A stretch of 64,000 nucleotides of DNA. Source: an uncultured Actinomycetota bacterium. Its GTDB lineage: Bacteria > Actinomycetota > Actinomycetes > CAVWCF01. The notes under the pieces were generated by a model, which saw only the letters and a list, made by a program, of their open reading frames with translations, did not search any database and was not told the DNA's origin. Within the stretch, counting starts at the first letter, position 1. Every line of letters begins with the position of its first letter. The translations under genes and the position numbers were made by a program. The DNA is taken from NCBI GenBank assembly GCA_963753435.1, contig CAVWCF010000001.1, forward strand, positions 384,001 through 448,000, given 5' to 3'. Positions 48,339 through 58,043 of the stretch are shown here, one piece after another.

Positions 48339-50932
48339 CAGCGACGCGCCCCCCTGGGCGAACCACCCGCCAGGACGTCACCCGCCCAGTCGGCCAACAC
48401 AAGTCGGTCGACCTTGGAGTTGTGGCGACGATCCACCGGCAGCCGGGGCACCACCAAAACGGCCGCTGCATCGGCGGCCTTGCTGCGCACGGCCGCCGTC
48501 AACTGCGAATCGGCGACTCCGATTCTCGGTCTTGCCGCGGTTGGCACGACCACCGCGACCAGGACCTGGGTGCCCACTGGACCGACGCCGACGACCGCGG
48601 CTGCCGCAACTTCGGCCAGCTCTTCTATCCGCTGCTCCAACCGCACCGGAGTCACTGGACCGTCCGCCGTGGAAACCACGTGCGCCACCCGGCCTTCGAC
48701 CCACAAGGCCCCATCGGCACCCAGGTGCCCGACGTCCCCGGTGCGGTGCCAACCACCCGGCACGGTGGAGGACTCCTCCGTGAGCCACAGCGCGTCGTAG
48801 CGGTCTTTCGTGTGCGCCGCTCGCACGCAGATCTCCCCCGACACCTCCGGTTCATCGGTCAACTCCCCCGACGGGGAACCGAACTCATCCAGCGCAGCCA
48901 GGGCCACCTCGACCCCCGGTACGGGCCGGCCCACATAGACCCCGTTGCCCGTACCGGCAGCCTGGATCTGGGCCAGCTCGGCAGTCGCCACCGGCAGCAC
49001 CTCGGTCATGCCGTACGGGGTGTGCGCCTGCGCCGCCGGCATCAGGCGCGAGCACTCCGACAGGGTCCGAACCGGCACCGGCGCCCCGAACGACATCAGC
49101 AGGCGCACCCGGTCCAGCGCCTGCTGCTGCTCGGGCTGGAGTCCCTTCGCCGTGGCTGCAACGTTCTGCAAAGCGGCCGGGGAGGCAAAGACCATGGTCG
49201 CGTCCACCGCCAGCGCGGCGTCGGCCAAGGCGGAAGCGCTCAAGCGACCGGGTCGGATCGGGCTGACGTCCGGTATCGCCGAAGCAACACCAAGGGCCGG
49301 TCCGTACATCGCGAATGGGCCGAAGCCGGCCACCATCCGGTCGGCCCGGGTGATGTCGAAAGTGCTGATCAGCGCGTCCCGCTGCGCCTGCAGTTGCTGG
49401 TGCCGGTACACCACACCCTTGGCGGGCCCCGTCGCACCGGAGGTGAAGACCACGATCGCGTCGTCAGTGTCCCGCGGCCCCAGCGGCGTCGGCAGACCGC
49501 GGCCGGTCTGGGCCACCTCGTCCAGCGAAGTGGGGCTTCCCAACAGGGACCGGGTTGCGGCGTTGACCGGCCCGACCAGGATCCGGCGGCCCGGCCAGCG
49601 CAGCGTGGCCGCCGCCACCAGTGCCCGAGGTATTCCGATCAGCACCGAAGGGTCGGCCGACTTGAGGGCGCGGCCGATCCCGGCTGGGCCCAGACCGGCA
49701 TCGACGGCCACCACGACCGCGCCCAGTCGCCAGCAGCCGTACACGGCGGCCGCCAGGTCCACCCCGGGTGGGATGAGCAGCCCGACTCGGTCCCCGGGCC
49801 GGACCCCGACCGAGGCCAGACCGGCCGCGATGTCACGCGCCCGTGCCGCCAGGGCGGCGAAAGACGCCGACCGACCGGACGCTTGGTCGACGATGGCGAC
49901 TGCCGGATCGTCGCCACGTTCGTCCAGCGCGCCCCACAGCGGTCTCCGGGGCACATCGTCTGCTCGGGGCGCCGCATCGTCCGGGACCGCCGACGGCATC
50001 GAATCGCCCGCTTGCGGGCTCAGGAGGCGCGTAGACCAATTGAGGATCGCGGCGGTAGCGGCGGGTTCTTCCGGGACCAGGTGGCTGGCCCCCTCCACCC
50101 GGTGCACTGCTGCGTGCGGCAACCGGTCCATGAGATCGCGCAGGTACCGCTCCGAGAAGACCGGGTCTTTGGGGCCCCACACCAGGAGCGCAGGCACGTC
50201 GAGCTTGCGAAGTCGCTCAGCGATGTCGTCCAAGGATGACGCGCTTGGATGCGTCGGTTCGAGCGGGATGTCCGCCACGAATTCGCCCACCGCTTTGCGG
50301 CGCTGTTTCGTTTCATACGGGGCGAGGTAGGCATCCTTGACTGCTGGGTTCAGTGGCTTGCTAGTCATTGCGGTGGCCCCGCGGATGAAGTTGGCGGTGC
50401 GAACGCAGACCCAATCGCGGATGCCAGCAGTCCTGGCCAGGCGGATGAGCGACGGCGCGGCAGCGCCTTCGGGCTGGTGCACAGCCGTGTTGGTCAGAAC
50501 GACGCCAACCAGATCGGCTTGGTGATCCAGCGCCCAGCCCAGCGACACCGGACCACCCCAGTCGTGGGCGACGGTGACGACCGGCCCCGATAGTTCCAGC
50601 GCCTCTGTCAGCGTCGACAGGTCGGCCACCCGCTGGGCCAAGCGACGTACGGTGCCGGTGCGCTCGGAGAATCCCATGTCCAACTGGTCGACGGCGATGA
50701 CCCGAATCGTCGGCGGCGCGGCCGCCAGCAGGGACCGCCACAGGTAGGACCAGGTCGGATTCCCGTGCACGCAGAGCAATGTCAGTTCGGCATCGGCCAC
50801 GCCGGTGTCCAGAACATGCCAGGTCCGCCGAACACCGTCGGAATCGGTTACAGGCACCAACCGCGACCAGCGTGGATCCAGCCCCGGCAACCCGGGCGGC
50901 GGAAGCGCCGCGGGCTGCGTTTGGGCAGTCAC
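48335..50932 (-). CDS. oleBC: OleB-OleC fusion (haloalkane dehalogenase-like beta-lactone decarboxylase + AMP-binding beta-lactone synthetase)
   Basis: HGNPTWSYLWR, AHDWGG, WGPKDPVF, then FTSGATGPAKGV, TPYGMTE, HRTGD, VDRRHNSKVDR. GTG 50932 overlaps the oleA stop. Confidence 0.88.
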   Translation of the reverse strand: MTAQTQPAALPPPGLPGLDPRWSRLVPVTDSDGVRRTWHVLDTGVADAELTLLCVHGNPTWSYLWRSLLAAAPPTIRVIAVDQLDMGFSERTGTVRRLAQRVADLSTLTEALELSGPVVTVAHDWGGPVSLGWALDHQADLVGVVLTNTAVHQPEGAAAPSLIRLARTAGIRDWVCVRTANFIRGATAMTSKPLNPAVKDAYLAPYETKQRRKAVGEFVADIPLEPTHPSASSLDDIAERLRKLDVPALLVWGPKDPVFSERYLRDLMDRLPHAAVHRVEGASHLVPEEPAATAAILNWSTRLLSPQAGDSMPSAVPDDAAPRADDVPRRPLWGALDERGDDPAVAIVDQASGRSASFAALAARARDIAAGLASVGVRPGDRVGLLIPPGVDLAAAVYGCWRLGAVVVAVDAGLGPAGIGRALKSADPSVLIGIPRALVAAATLRWPGRRILVGPVNAATRSLLGSPTSLDEVAQTGRGLPTPLGPRDTDDAIVVFTSGATGPAKGVVYRHQQLQAQRDALISTFDITRADRMVAGFGPFAMYGPALGVASAIPDVSPIRPGRLSASALADAALAVDATMVFASPAALQNVAATAKGLQPEQQQALDRVRLLMSFGAPVPVRTLSECSRLMPAAQAHTPYGMTEVLPVATAELAQIQAAGTGNGVYVGRPVPGVEVALAALDEFGSPSGELTDEPEVSGEICVRAAHTKDRYDALWLTEESSTVPGGWHRTGDVGHLGADGALWVEGRVAHVVSTADGPVTPVRLEQRIEELAEVAAAAVVGVGPVGTQVLVAVVVPTAARPRIGVADSQLTAAVRSKAADAAAVLVVPRLPVDRRHNSKVDRLVLADWAGDVLAGGSPRGARRW

Positions 50933-51951
50933 CAGGTGATCTCGATACCGGCGGTGTTGATGCCCGACCCGATCCCAACGCACAACACGCGGTCCCCCGC
51001 CGACAGCGACGGCGCCGTCAGGGCCAGCGTGTATGGCAACGACGCCGGCCCGATGTTGCCCAGCGTCGGGAACGTCAGCAGCGCGCGATCGGGGTCGATG
51101 CCCAACCGCTTGAACAGGAGGGTGGCGTGCACCATCGAGACCTGGTGGGCAACGTAAGCGTCCATCGCCGACCAGTCGAAGTCCCTGCGGGCCTCGTTCC
51201 AGGTCGCTTCGGCAACGTCGAGGCCGGCTTCCAGCAGCGCCTTGGTGTCGGTGCGCATGTAGTCAAGATCGCCGATGCAGAGCGTGTGGTGCTGGGTGTC
51301 GGCGCGCGCAACGCCCCCGACGACCCGATGACCCTCCGGGTGCTCGTCAGCGCGCCCGAGCACCATCGCGGCGCCACCGGATCCAAGCGTCAACGTCGCG
51401 AACTGCTCGAAGACATCGGCCATCGTCGTCTGCGGCGAAGACAAGCGCTCCAACGTGGCTTCCTGGGGCCGGCGGCTCCCTTCACCGTCCACCACGAGGG
51501 CGTAGTCGATCTGGCCGGCGTCGATCATCGTCGCCGCCAACTGCATCCCGTTGACGAATCCCAGGCAGGCGTTGGCCAGATCGAAGTTCAGGCAGGACGA
51601 GGACAGCCCCAACGAGTGATGCACGGCGACCGCCGCCGACGGTTCGAGGTGCGACCGGCAGACCGAGGTGTCGATGAGCAGTCCGATCTGCGCGGCGTCA
51701 ACCCCGGATTCGGCGATCGCGGTCGCACCCGCGATCGCGGCGGCATCGGTGAAGCTGACGTCCTCCGGCCACCACCGGCGCTCGCGGATGCCCGCCACCT
51801 CGGCGAGCAGTCCGGGTCGGATGCCCACCCGCTCGTAGGTGTCCGCAAGCACCTCGTCGAAGTACTCCGAAGTCACGACCTCGGGGGCTTCGGCGGCCGC
51901 AACGGACAAGACCGCGGTGTTGTGGTGGCGATAAACAGCGTTGCCCTGCAT
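50929..51951 (-). CDS. oleA: OleA acyl-CoA condensing thiolase (3-oxoacyl-ACP synthase III-like)
   Basis: GIRERRWW, LEPS, NACLGF (Cys), AHQVS (His), GNIGPAS (Asn), GIGSGIN. Confidence 0.9.
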   Translation of the reverse strand: MQGNAVYRHHNTAVLSVAAAEAPEVVTSEYFDEVLADTYERVGIRPGLLAEVAGIRERRWWPEDVSFTDAAAIAGATAIAESGVDAAQIGLLIDTSVCRSHLEPSAAVAVHHSLGLSSSCLNFDLANACLGFVNGMQLAATMIDAGQIDYALVVDGEGSRRPQEATLERLSSPQTTMADVFEQFATLTLGSGGAAMVLGRADEHPEGHRVVGGVARADTQHHTLCIGDLDYMRTDTKALLEAGLDVAEATWNEARRDFDWSAMDAYVAHQVSMVHATLLFKRLGIDPDRALLTFPTLGNIGPASLPYTLALTAPSLSAGDRVLCVGIGSGINTAGIEITW

Positions 51952-52041
51952 GGGCTTCCTCTCCGACTGCCAACGCGCCGACGTGCTACGGCGTCAGCCG
52001 GAGTGTTTCACGCCTCGCCCAAGCGGCCAGCGTGAGCAGGT

Positions 52042-52227
52042 TCAGCAGACCAGCCCGACGACAAGCGGTTCCAGATCGCGGGCCCGAAAAAGCGCCTCGC
52101 CGCATTCGTCGCGATGCTGCATCGGCAGGGAGCCATCACGAACCCAGCTCCGCACGACCGGCGGATCGACGCCAAGGAGTTCGGCGACTTGGGTCTCGGT
52201 GAGCAACCTGTGGGTCAATGTGGTCAT
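52042..52227 (-). CDS. small MerR-like/BldC-like helix-turn-helix protein
   Basis: LLTETQVAELLGVDPPVVRSWVRDGSL...FRARDL; 61 aa. Confidence 0.75.
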   Translation of the reverse strand: MTTLTHRLLTETQVAELLGVDPPVVRSWVRDGSLPMQHRDECGEALFRARDLEPLVVGLVC

Positions 52228-52236
52228 GCCCGGGCA

Positions 52237-52263
52237 CTACCCCCGGCCCAAGCCCGCCAAACC
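52237..52263 (-). promoter_or_regulatory. SigB/SigF-type stress promoter for the HTH gene
   Basis: Minus strand GGTTT-N16-GGGTAG, 9 nt before ATG 52227; no SD, so probably leaderless. Confidence 0.5.
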
Positions 52264-52264
52264 T

Positions 52265-53149
52265 CTAGCCGGGCAGGATCGTCGTGGGCCCGGGGTTCGA
52301 GTCATTTTCGGGACCTGCCAGCGGCGCCTCGGGCTGGGGCGACGCCACGGGAGCCGCAACCGCCGGTACGAGAACGCCCTCCGCCACGGAGCCACGCCGG
52401 GATCTGGCAATCAAGAACGCGGCAACGCCCCCGAGCAGGAATGTGAGCGGAACCACCCCGAGGAACCAGGCAGCCCAGGGCGCCTCGAAGGGAAGCGATA
52501 CCGGCACGAGGCTTTCCGGCGACGCCTTGCCGACGGCTTCGAGTGTCTCCGTCTCACCCAAAGCCGGCGTCCAGGTGACGGTGTTGCCCTCGATGGTTCC
52601 GTTGGCCGAAACGACCTCACCGGGGAAGGTGACGCGGATCCGGACCTCCGCGCCGATCAGGGCGGAGGGGTCGAAGTCCTCAAGTCCGGGGAACTCGCTG
52701 GGGAAGTCTTCGGGGAGCTGCTCCTCGGGGAAGGTCCCGTCGGCCGGGGGTTCCTCGCCGTCTGCCCCCAGACCGCTGGTGGCGTCAAAGGCGCCGGACA
52801 CTCGGAAGACGTCGCCGTCGCGAACGATGTTGAGGGTCTCCCCCTCCGACGTCCCGGTGGAGAACTCCTCGATCGGCACCCCGGTGAACACCAGGCGGGT
52901 GCCGATGAAGCCGTCGGCGGCATAGGGCTCAACGTCGATGCTGCCGGCCGACGGCGTCTCCGGCGCCTCCGGCAACAAGTCCGACGAGTCGAATCCCGGC
53001 AATTGCGCGAACTCATCGGAGATCCCGAAGACGACCGAGCCATCGACGGTGTTGTCGCTGTTCAACTCGATGTCCGTGTCGAACTTGATACAACCCGTCA
53101 GCAAGAACGCCAAGGCCACGACCAGGCCCGCGGTCACGAATCTGCGCAT
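52265..53149 (-). CDS. LppM-family lipoprotein with C-terminal TM helix
   Basis: Lipobox LLTG-C, VTFPGEVVSANG..VTW, C-terminal TM; start ATG 53149. Confidence 0.82.
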   Translation of the reverse strand: MRRFVTAGLVVALAFLLTGCIKFDTDIELNSDNTVDGSVVFGISDEFAQLPGFDSSDLLPEAPETPSAGSIDVEPYAADGFIGTRLVFTGVPIEEFSTGTSEGETLNIVRDGDVFRVSGAFDATSGLGADGEEPPADGTFPEEQLPEDFPSEFPGLEDFDPSALIGAEVRIRVTFPGEVVSANGTIEGNTVTWTPALGETETLEAVGKASPESLVPVSLPFEAPWAAWFLGVVPLTFLLGGVAAFLIARSRRGSVAEGVLVPAVAAPVASPQPEAPLAGPENDSNPGPTTILPG

Positions 53150-53276
53150 CGACTGTCCCTTCCTCGGCTGGGAATTCGGTTCGCCCCCGACATTCTTGAC
53201 CCCGCCTACTCCGAACGGGCATGTGCAATTGCGAGGTAGTCGCAGCGGTTTCACATAATGGGACGATCTGGACAGC

Positions 53277-53387
53277 ATGGTGAGACGGGGCGAACATCCG
53301 CTCGTGCTGCGCTCACTGTCCCTGGTCAGTCGACTCCACGTCGACCTGATGCGGATGTCTTGCGCCATGTGTCCCCCGGTCACCTGA
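53277..53387 (+). CDS. putative Cys-containing leader peptide of the sulfur operon (36 aa, not in ORF track)
   Basis: MVRRGEHPLVLRSLSLVSRLHVDLMRMSCAMCPPVT*; RxHVDLxRxxxAxC pattern; ends 87 nt before sir. Alternative start GTG 53304. Confidence 0.7.
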   Translation: MVRRGEHPLVLRSLSLVSRLHVDLMRMSCAMCPPVT

Positions 53388-53474
53388 CCGCGCCTGACCA
53401 TCCCACCCGGGCGCGCACGATCGCGACCGGGATTCCCCGTCCAACCGATGCGCGTCCTGTCCTGAGGGGACAGC

Positions 53475-55160
53475 TTGAGCATCACCGAACGAACAGCCCC
53501 ACCCCGCCGCGGCGCGGCCAAAGGCCAGGGCCAGTGGGCACTTGGGCATCTGGAACCACTCAATCCCAATGAGCGCACCAAGCGCGACGACAGCGGTCTC
53601 AACGTGCGCGCCCGCATCGAGAACATCTACGCGCCCGGGGGGTTCGCCTCCATCGACCCGGCCGACCTGCGCGGCCGGTTCCGGTGGTGGGGCCTGTACA
53701 CGCAGCGCAAACCCGGCATCGACGGCGGCAAGACAGCCACCCTGGAGCCGGAAGAACTGGAGGATGAGTTCTTCATGCTCCGCGTCCGGACCGACGGGGG
53801 GCTGCTGAACCTGGAGCAACTGCGCGCGATTGCGGCCATCAGCAGCGAGTTCGGCCGCGAGACCGCGGACATCTCTGATCGACAGAACGTGCAACTGCAC
53901 TGGATCCGCGTCGAGGACGTACCGGAGATCTGGCGACGGCTGGAATCGGTAGGCCTAACCACCGAGGAGGCCTGCGGCGACACCCCCCGAGTGGTCCTGG
54001 GTTCGCCGGTTGCCGGGGTTGCCGCTGACGAGATCATCGACGGCACTCCCGCGATCTTGGCGATCCGGGAGAGATTCGTCGGCGACCAATCGCTGGCGAA
54101 TCTGCCGCGCAAGTTCAAGTCCGCAGTCTCCGGGTCACCGCACCAGGATGTGGCCCCAGAGATCAACGACATCTCGTTCGTCGGGGTGATCCACCCCGAC
54201 CTGGGCCCGGGATTCGACGTCTGGGTGGGCGGCGGGCTGTCCACCAACCCGCATCTGGCACAGCGATTGGGCGTCTTCGCCACCTTGGCCGAGGTACCGG
54301 AGATCTGGCACGGGGTGGCCAGCCTCTTCCGCGACTACGGCTATCGACGGCTGCGGCACCGGGCTCGGCTGAAGTTCCTGGTCGCGGACTGGGGGCCGGC
54401 GCGCTTCCGCGAGGTGCTGGAAACGGAGTACTTGAAGCGAACACTGACCGACGGTCCGGCCCCGCCGCCGCCCCCGACCGGTCGACGTGACCACGTCGGG
54501 ACCCACCCGCAACGAGACGGCCGCTTCTATGTGGGACTGGCCCCAGTGGTCGGACGCGTGTCGGGCCGAATCCTGCGCGACCTCGCCGACCTGGTCGAGG
54601 CCGTCGGCTCCAATCGGATCCGGTTGACCGTCGAGCAGAAGCTCGTGGTCCTGGACATCCCGGCCGAGCGCGTGGACGACTTCACTGCGGCGGCGGTTGC
54701 GCTGGGCTTCGAAGCCGGCTCGGCCAGCCCGTTCCGGCGCGGCACGATGGCGTGCACCGGTATCGAGTACTGCAAGTTGGCGATCGTCGAGACCAAGGGA
54801 ACTGCCCAGCGACTCGTAGCGACGTTGGAAGACAGGCTGCCGACGTTCGAGCGACCGCTGAGCATTCACGTGAATGGCTGCCCGAACTCGTGCGCGCGGA
54901 TTCAGACGGCCGACATCGGCCTCAAGGGCATGCTCGTGAGCGACGCCGACGGCAACCAGGCTGAAGGCTTCCAGGTCCACCTCGGCGGACGGCTGGGCCA
55001 GGAGGCGGCTTTCGGTCGGACCGTACGCGGGCTGAAGGTGACCGCCGCGGAGTTGCCGGACTATGTCGAGCGGGTAGTCACCCGGTACGAGAGCCAACGT
55101 CAAAGTGATCAGACGTTCTCCCAATGGGCCGTCCAGGCAGACGAGGCGGAACTTCGATGA
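53475..55160 (+). CDS. sir: ferredoxin-dependent sulfite reductase
   Basis: GQWALG, RWWGLYTQR, ACGDTPR, LPRKFK, CTGIEYC, GCPNSC (siroheme/4Fe-4S). Confidence 0.93.
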   Translation: MSITERTAPPRRGAAKGQGQWALGHLEPLNPNERTKRDDSGLNVRARIENIYAPGGFASIDPADLRGRFRWWGLYTQRKPGIDGGKTATLEPEELEDEFFMLRVRTDGGLLNLEQLRAIAAISSEFGRETADISDRQNVQLHWIRVEDVPEIWRRLESVGLTTEEACGDTPRVVLGSPVAGVAADEIIDGTPAILAIRERFVGDQSLANLPRKFKSAVSGSPHQDVAPEINDISFVGVIHPDLGPGFDVWVGGGLSTNPHLAQRLGVFATLAEVPEIWHGVASLFRDYGYRRLRHRARLKFLVADWGPARFREVLETEYLKRTLTDGPAPPPPPTGRRDHVGTHPQRDGRFYVGLAPVVGRVSGRILRDLADLVEAVGSNRIRLTVEQKLVVLDIPAERVDDFTAAAVALGFEAGSASPFRRGTMACTGIEYCKLAIVETKGTAQRLVATLEDRLPTFERPLSIHVNGCPNSCARIQTADIGLKGMLVSDADGNQAEGFQVHLGGRLGQEAAFGRTVRGLKVTAAELPDYVERVVTRYESQRQSDQTFSQWAVQADEAELR

Positions 55161-55852
55161 CCCGGACGGTTGCTGAGTTGCGCGACCTGGCGGCGGAAGC
55201 CAGCCGTCGCTTTGGCGACAACGACGTCGAAGCACTGCTGCGGTGGGCCGGCACCACCTTCGGAGCGCGACTAGTGCTGGCGTCCAGCATGGGTGACGAG
55301 GTGCTCGTCCACCTGGCCTCACAGGAAGTGCCCGGCATCGACGTGCTGTTCCTGGACACCGGTTATCACTTCCCCGAGACGCTCGGCACCCGCGACGCCG
55401 TAGCGGCCACGTTGCCCGTGCGTCTAGTGACCGTCGAGCCACGCCATAGCGTCGCCGCACAGGACGCCGAGCACGGGCCGCGACTGCACGAGCGGGATCC
55501 GGATCTTTGCTGCGCACTTCGAAAGGTGGAACCGCTCAACCGGGGTCTTTCCGGCTACGAGGCATGGATCACCGGGATGCGCCGGGAAGACGCACCGACC
55601 CGAAACGACATCGGCGTGGTCACCTTCGACGACAAGCGGGGCATGGTGAAGCTGAATCCCATCGCCGCCTGGACCGCCGAACAGGTCCGGGAATACGCCG
55701 ACACCCACGCGGTGCTGCTGAACCCGCTACGGCAGGCGGGCTACCCATCGATCGGATGTGCGCCCTGCACCAGACCGGTGGCCGAAGGTGCGGATCCGCG
55801 CTCCGGTCGCTGGGTCGGATCGGCCAAGACCGAATGCGGGTTGCACACATGA
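55157..55852 (+). CDS. cysH: APS/PAPS reductase (CC...CxxC Fe-S type, likely APS reductase)
   Basis: FLDTGYHF, CCALRKVEPL, SIGCAPCT, RSGRW, KTECGLH. Confidence 0.95.
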   Translation: MTRTVAELRDLAAEASRRFGDNDVEALLRWAGTTFGARLVLASSMGDEVLVHLASQEVPGIDVLFLDTGYHFPETLGTRDAVAATLPVRLVTVEPRHSVAAQDAEHGPRLHERDPDLCCALRKVEPLNRGLSGYEAWITGMRREDAPTRNDIGVVTFDDKRGMVKLNPIAAWTAEQVREYADTHAVLLNPLRQAGYPSIGCAPCTRPVAEGADPRSGRWVGSAKTECGLHT

Positions 55853-56796
55853 GCGCCGCGCCGCAACAGATCTCGGGTTTGGCTGCCCCGGAGGTAGCCG
55901 ACTACACGCTTTCGCCGCTGGACGCGCTGGAGTCCGAAGGCATCCACATATTCCGGGAGGTCGTCGGGCAGTTCGAGCGGCCAGTCCTGCTGTTCAGCGG
56001 CGGTAAGGACTCCATTGTGATGCTGCACCTGGCGCGCAAGGCCTTCTGGCCGGCACCGGTGCCGTTCCCCCTGATGCACGTGGACACCGGTCACAACTTC
56101 GACGAGGTGATCGAATACCGCGACCGCGTCGTAGCCCAGCACGGCCTGCGCCTGGTCGTGGCCAGCGTGCAGGAGGCCATCGACTCCGGTCGCGTACGGG
56201 AGCGCCCGGACGGGACCCGCAACCCGCTGCAAACGATCCCGCTGCTGGATGCGATCGCGACGCAGCGGTTCGACGCGGTCTTCGGTGGCGGCCGGCGTGA
56301 TGAGGAGAAGGCCCGGGCCAAGGAACGGGTGTTCAGTCTTCGCGACGAGTTCGGCCAGTGGGACCCCCGACGCCAACGACCTGAACTCTGGGACCTGTAC
56401 AACGGCCGCCACCGGCCGGGCGAGCACGTGCGGGTGTTCCCGTTGAGCAACTGGACCGAACTGGATGTCTGGCGCTACATCCAGCGCGAAGAGATCCCGT
56501 TGCCGTCGATCTACTTCGCGCACAGCCGAGAGGTGTTCCAGCGCGGCGGGATGTGGCTGACACCAGGCACTTGGGGCGAACCCAAGGACTCCGAACCAAC
56601 GGTCACCAGGACAGTGCGCTATCGAACCGTCGGGGACATGTCCTGCACCGGCGCCGTCGACTCCGACGCGGCCGATGTCGCAGCCGTGATCGCCGAAGTG
56701 GCAGCCAGCCGCCTCACCGAACGCGGAGCCACCAGGGCAGATGACCGGCTGACCGAGGCCGCCATGGAGGACCGCAAGCGCGAGGGGTACTTCTGA
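55849..56796 (+). CDS. cysD: sulfate adenylyltransferase subunit 2
   Basis: LFSGGKDS, HVDTGHNF, GGRRDEEKARAKER, RVFPLSNWTE, MEDRKREGYF. Confidence 0.96.
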   Translation: MSAAPQQISGLAAPEVADYTLSPLDALESEGIHIFREVVGQFERPVLLFSGGKDSIVMLHLARKAFWPAPVPFPLMHVDTGHNFDEVIEYRDRVVAQHGLRLVVASVQEAIDSGRVRERPDGTRNPLQTIPLLDAIATQRFDAVFGGGRRDEEKARAKERVFSLRDEFGQWDPRRQRPELWDLYNGRHRPGEHVRVFPLSNWTELDVWRYIQREEIPLPSIYFAHSREVFQRGGMWLTPGTWGEPKDSEPTVTRTVRYRTVGDMSCTGAVDSDAADVAAVIAEVAASRLTERGATRADDRLTEAAMEDRKREGYF

Positions 56797-58043
56797 TGTC
56801 GGGACTGCTGCGGCTGGCCACGGCCGGTTCCGTCGACGACGGCAAGAGCACGCTGGTGGGGCGACTCCTGCACGACACCAAGAGCATCCTTGCCGACCAG
56901 TACGACGCCATCGAGGCAGCCAGCCGCGCTCGCGGTGCGCAAGCCACCGACCTCGCCTTGCTGACTGACGGTCTCCGCGCCGAGCGTGAGCAGGGCATCA
57001 CCATTGACGTCGCGTACCGGTACTTCGCCACCGCGCGACGCTCGTTCGTCCTCGCCGACACCCCCGGGCATGTGCAGTACACGCGCAACATGGTGACCGG
57101 GGCTTCGACCGCCGAACTGGCGATCATCCTCGTCGATGCCCGCAACGGGATCGTTGAGCAGACCCGCCGCCATGCCGCAGTAGCTGCGCTGCTCGGCGTC
57201 CCCCACGTGGTCCTGGCCGTCAACAAGATGGACCTCGTCGGGTTCGACGAGTCGGTGTTCGAGCGCATCCGGACCGAGTTCACGTCGCTCGCTCAGTCCC
57301 TGGGAGTTCCGGACGCAACAGCGATCCCGCTGTCGGCACTCACCGGCGACAACGTGGTCACGGCATCAGAACGAACCCCCTGGTACACCGGACCCACCCT
57401 TCTGCAACACCTGGAAGAGGTCCCGGTGGAACTGGATCCAGCCACGGAGGCCTTCCGCTTCGGGGTGCAGACCGTCATCCGACCCAGGAACGCGCAGTAC
57501 CCCGACTATCGCGGCTACGCCGGGAGGGTCGCTTCCGGCGTGGTCCGGGTGGGCGATGAGGTGCTGGTCCAGCCATCCGGGCAGCGCAGCCGCATCGCCG
57601 CGATCGACGCCTTCGAGGCCGAACTGGTCTACGCACACGCCGGCCAATCGGTCACGCTGCGCCTCACCGACGAATTGGACGTGTCCCGCGGCGACCTGCT
57701 GGCCGATCCGGCCGAGCCGGCGACCGTGACGCACGACCTCACCGCCACCGTTTGCTGGCTGGCCGACAGCCCGAGCCAGCCGCGGGCCCGGGTCACGGTC
57801 ACGTCGGGGCCCCGGGCCGTCCGCGGCTTGCTGACCGACGTGCACGCCCGCCTCGACCTGGAGACGCTGAACGAGGCCGAAGCCGATTCGCTGCAACTCA
57901 ACGACATCGGCCGAGTGAGCCTGCGTCTGGCCGAACCGCTGGCCATCGACGACTACCGGCGGCACCGGCATACCGGGGCATTCCTGATCATCGACGAGTC
58001 CGATGGGACAACACTCGCGGCCGGGATGGTGCGCAATGGGTGA
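56796..58043 (+). CDS. cysN: sulfate adenylyltransferase subunit 1 (no fused APS kinase)
   Basis: GSVDDGKST, REQGITIDVAYRYF, DTPGH, NKMD, TLAAGM. Confidence 0.95.
   Translation: MSGLLRLATAGSVDDGKSTLVGRLLHDTKSILADQYDAIEAASRARGAQATDLALLTDGLRAEREQGITIDVAYRYFATARRSFVLADTPGHVQYTRNMVTGASTAELAIILVDARNGIVEQTRRHAAVAALLGVPHVVLAVNKMDLVGFDESVFERIRTEFTSLAQSLGVPDATAIPLSALTGDNVVTASERTPWYTGPTLLQHLEEVPVELDPATEAFRFGVQTVIRPRNAQYPDYRGYAGRVASGVVRVGDEVLVQPSGQRSRIAAIDAFEAELVYAHAGQSVTLRLTDELDVSRGDLLADPAEPATVTHDLTATVCWLADSPSQPRARVTVTSGPRAVRGLLTDVHARLDLETLNEAEADSLQLNDIGRVSLRLAEPLAIDDYRRHRHTGAFLIIDESDGTTLAAGMVRNG

Noticed and set aside
44929-53200. Intact prophage or integrative element at the tRNA cluster
   Set aside because: No integrase, phage genes or duplicated tRNA 3' end seen; the HTH at 52042 has no recombinase partner.
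53249-53290. TTTCACATAATGGGAC and CATGGTGAGAC as IclR/NdgR-type operator sites
   Set aside because: Imperfect palindromes that I cannot distinguish from promoter elements without a matrix.
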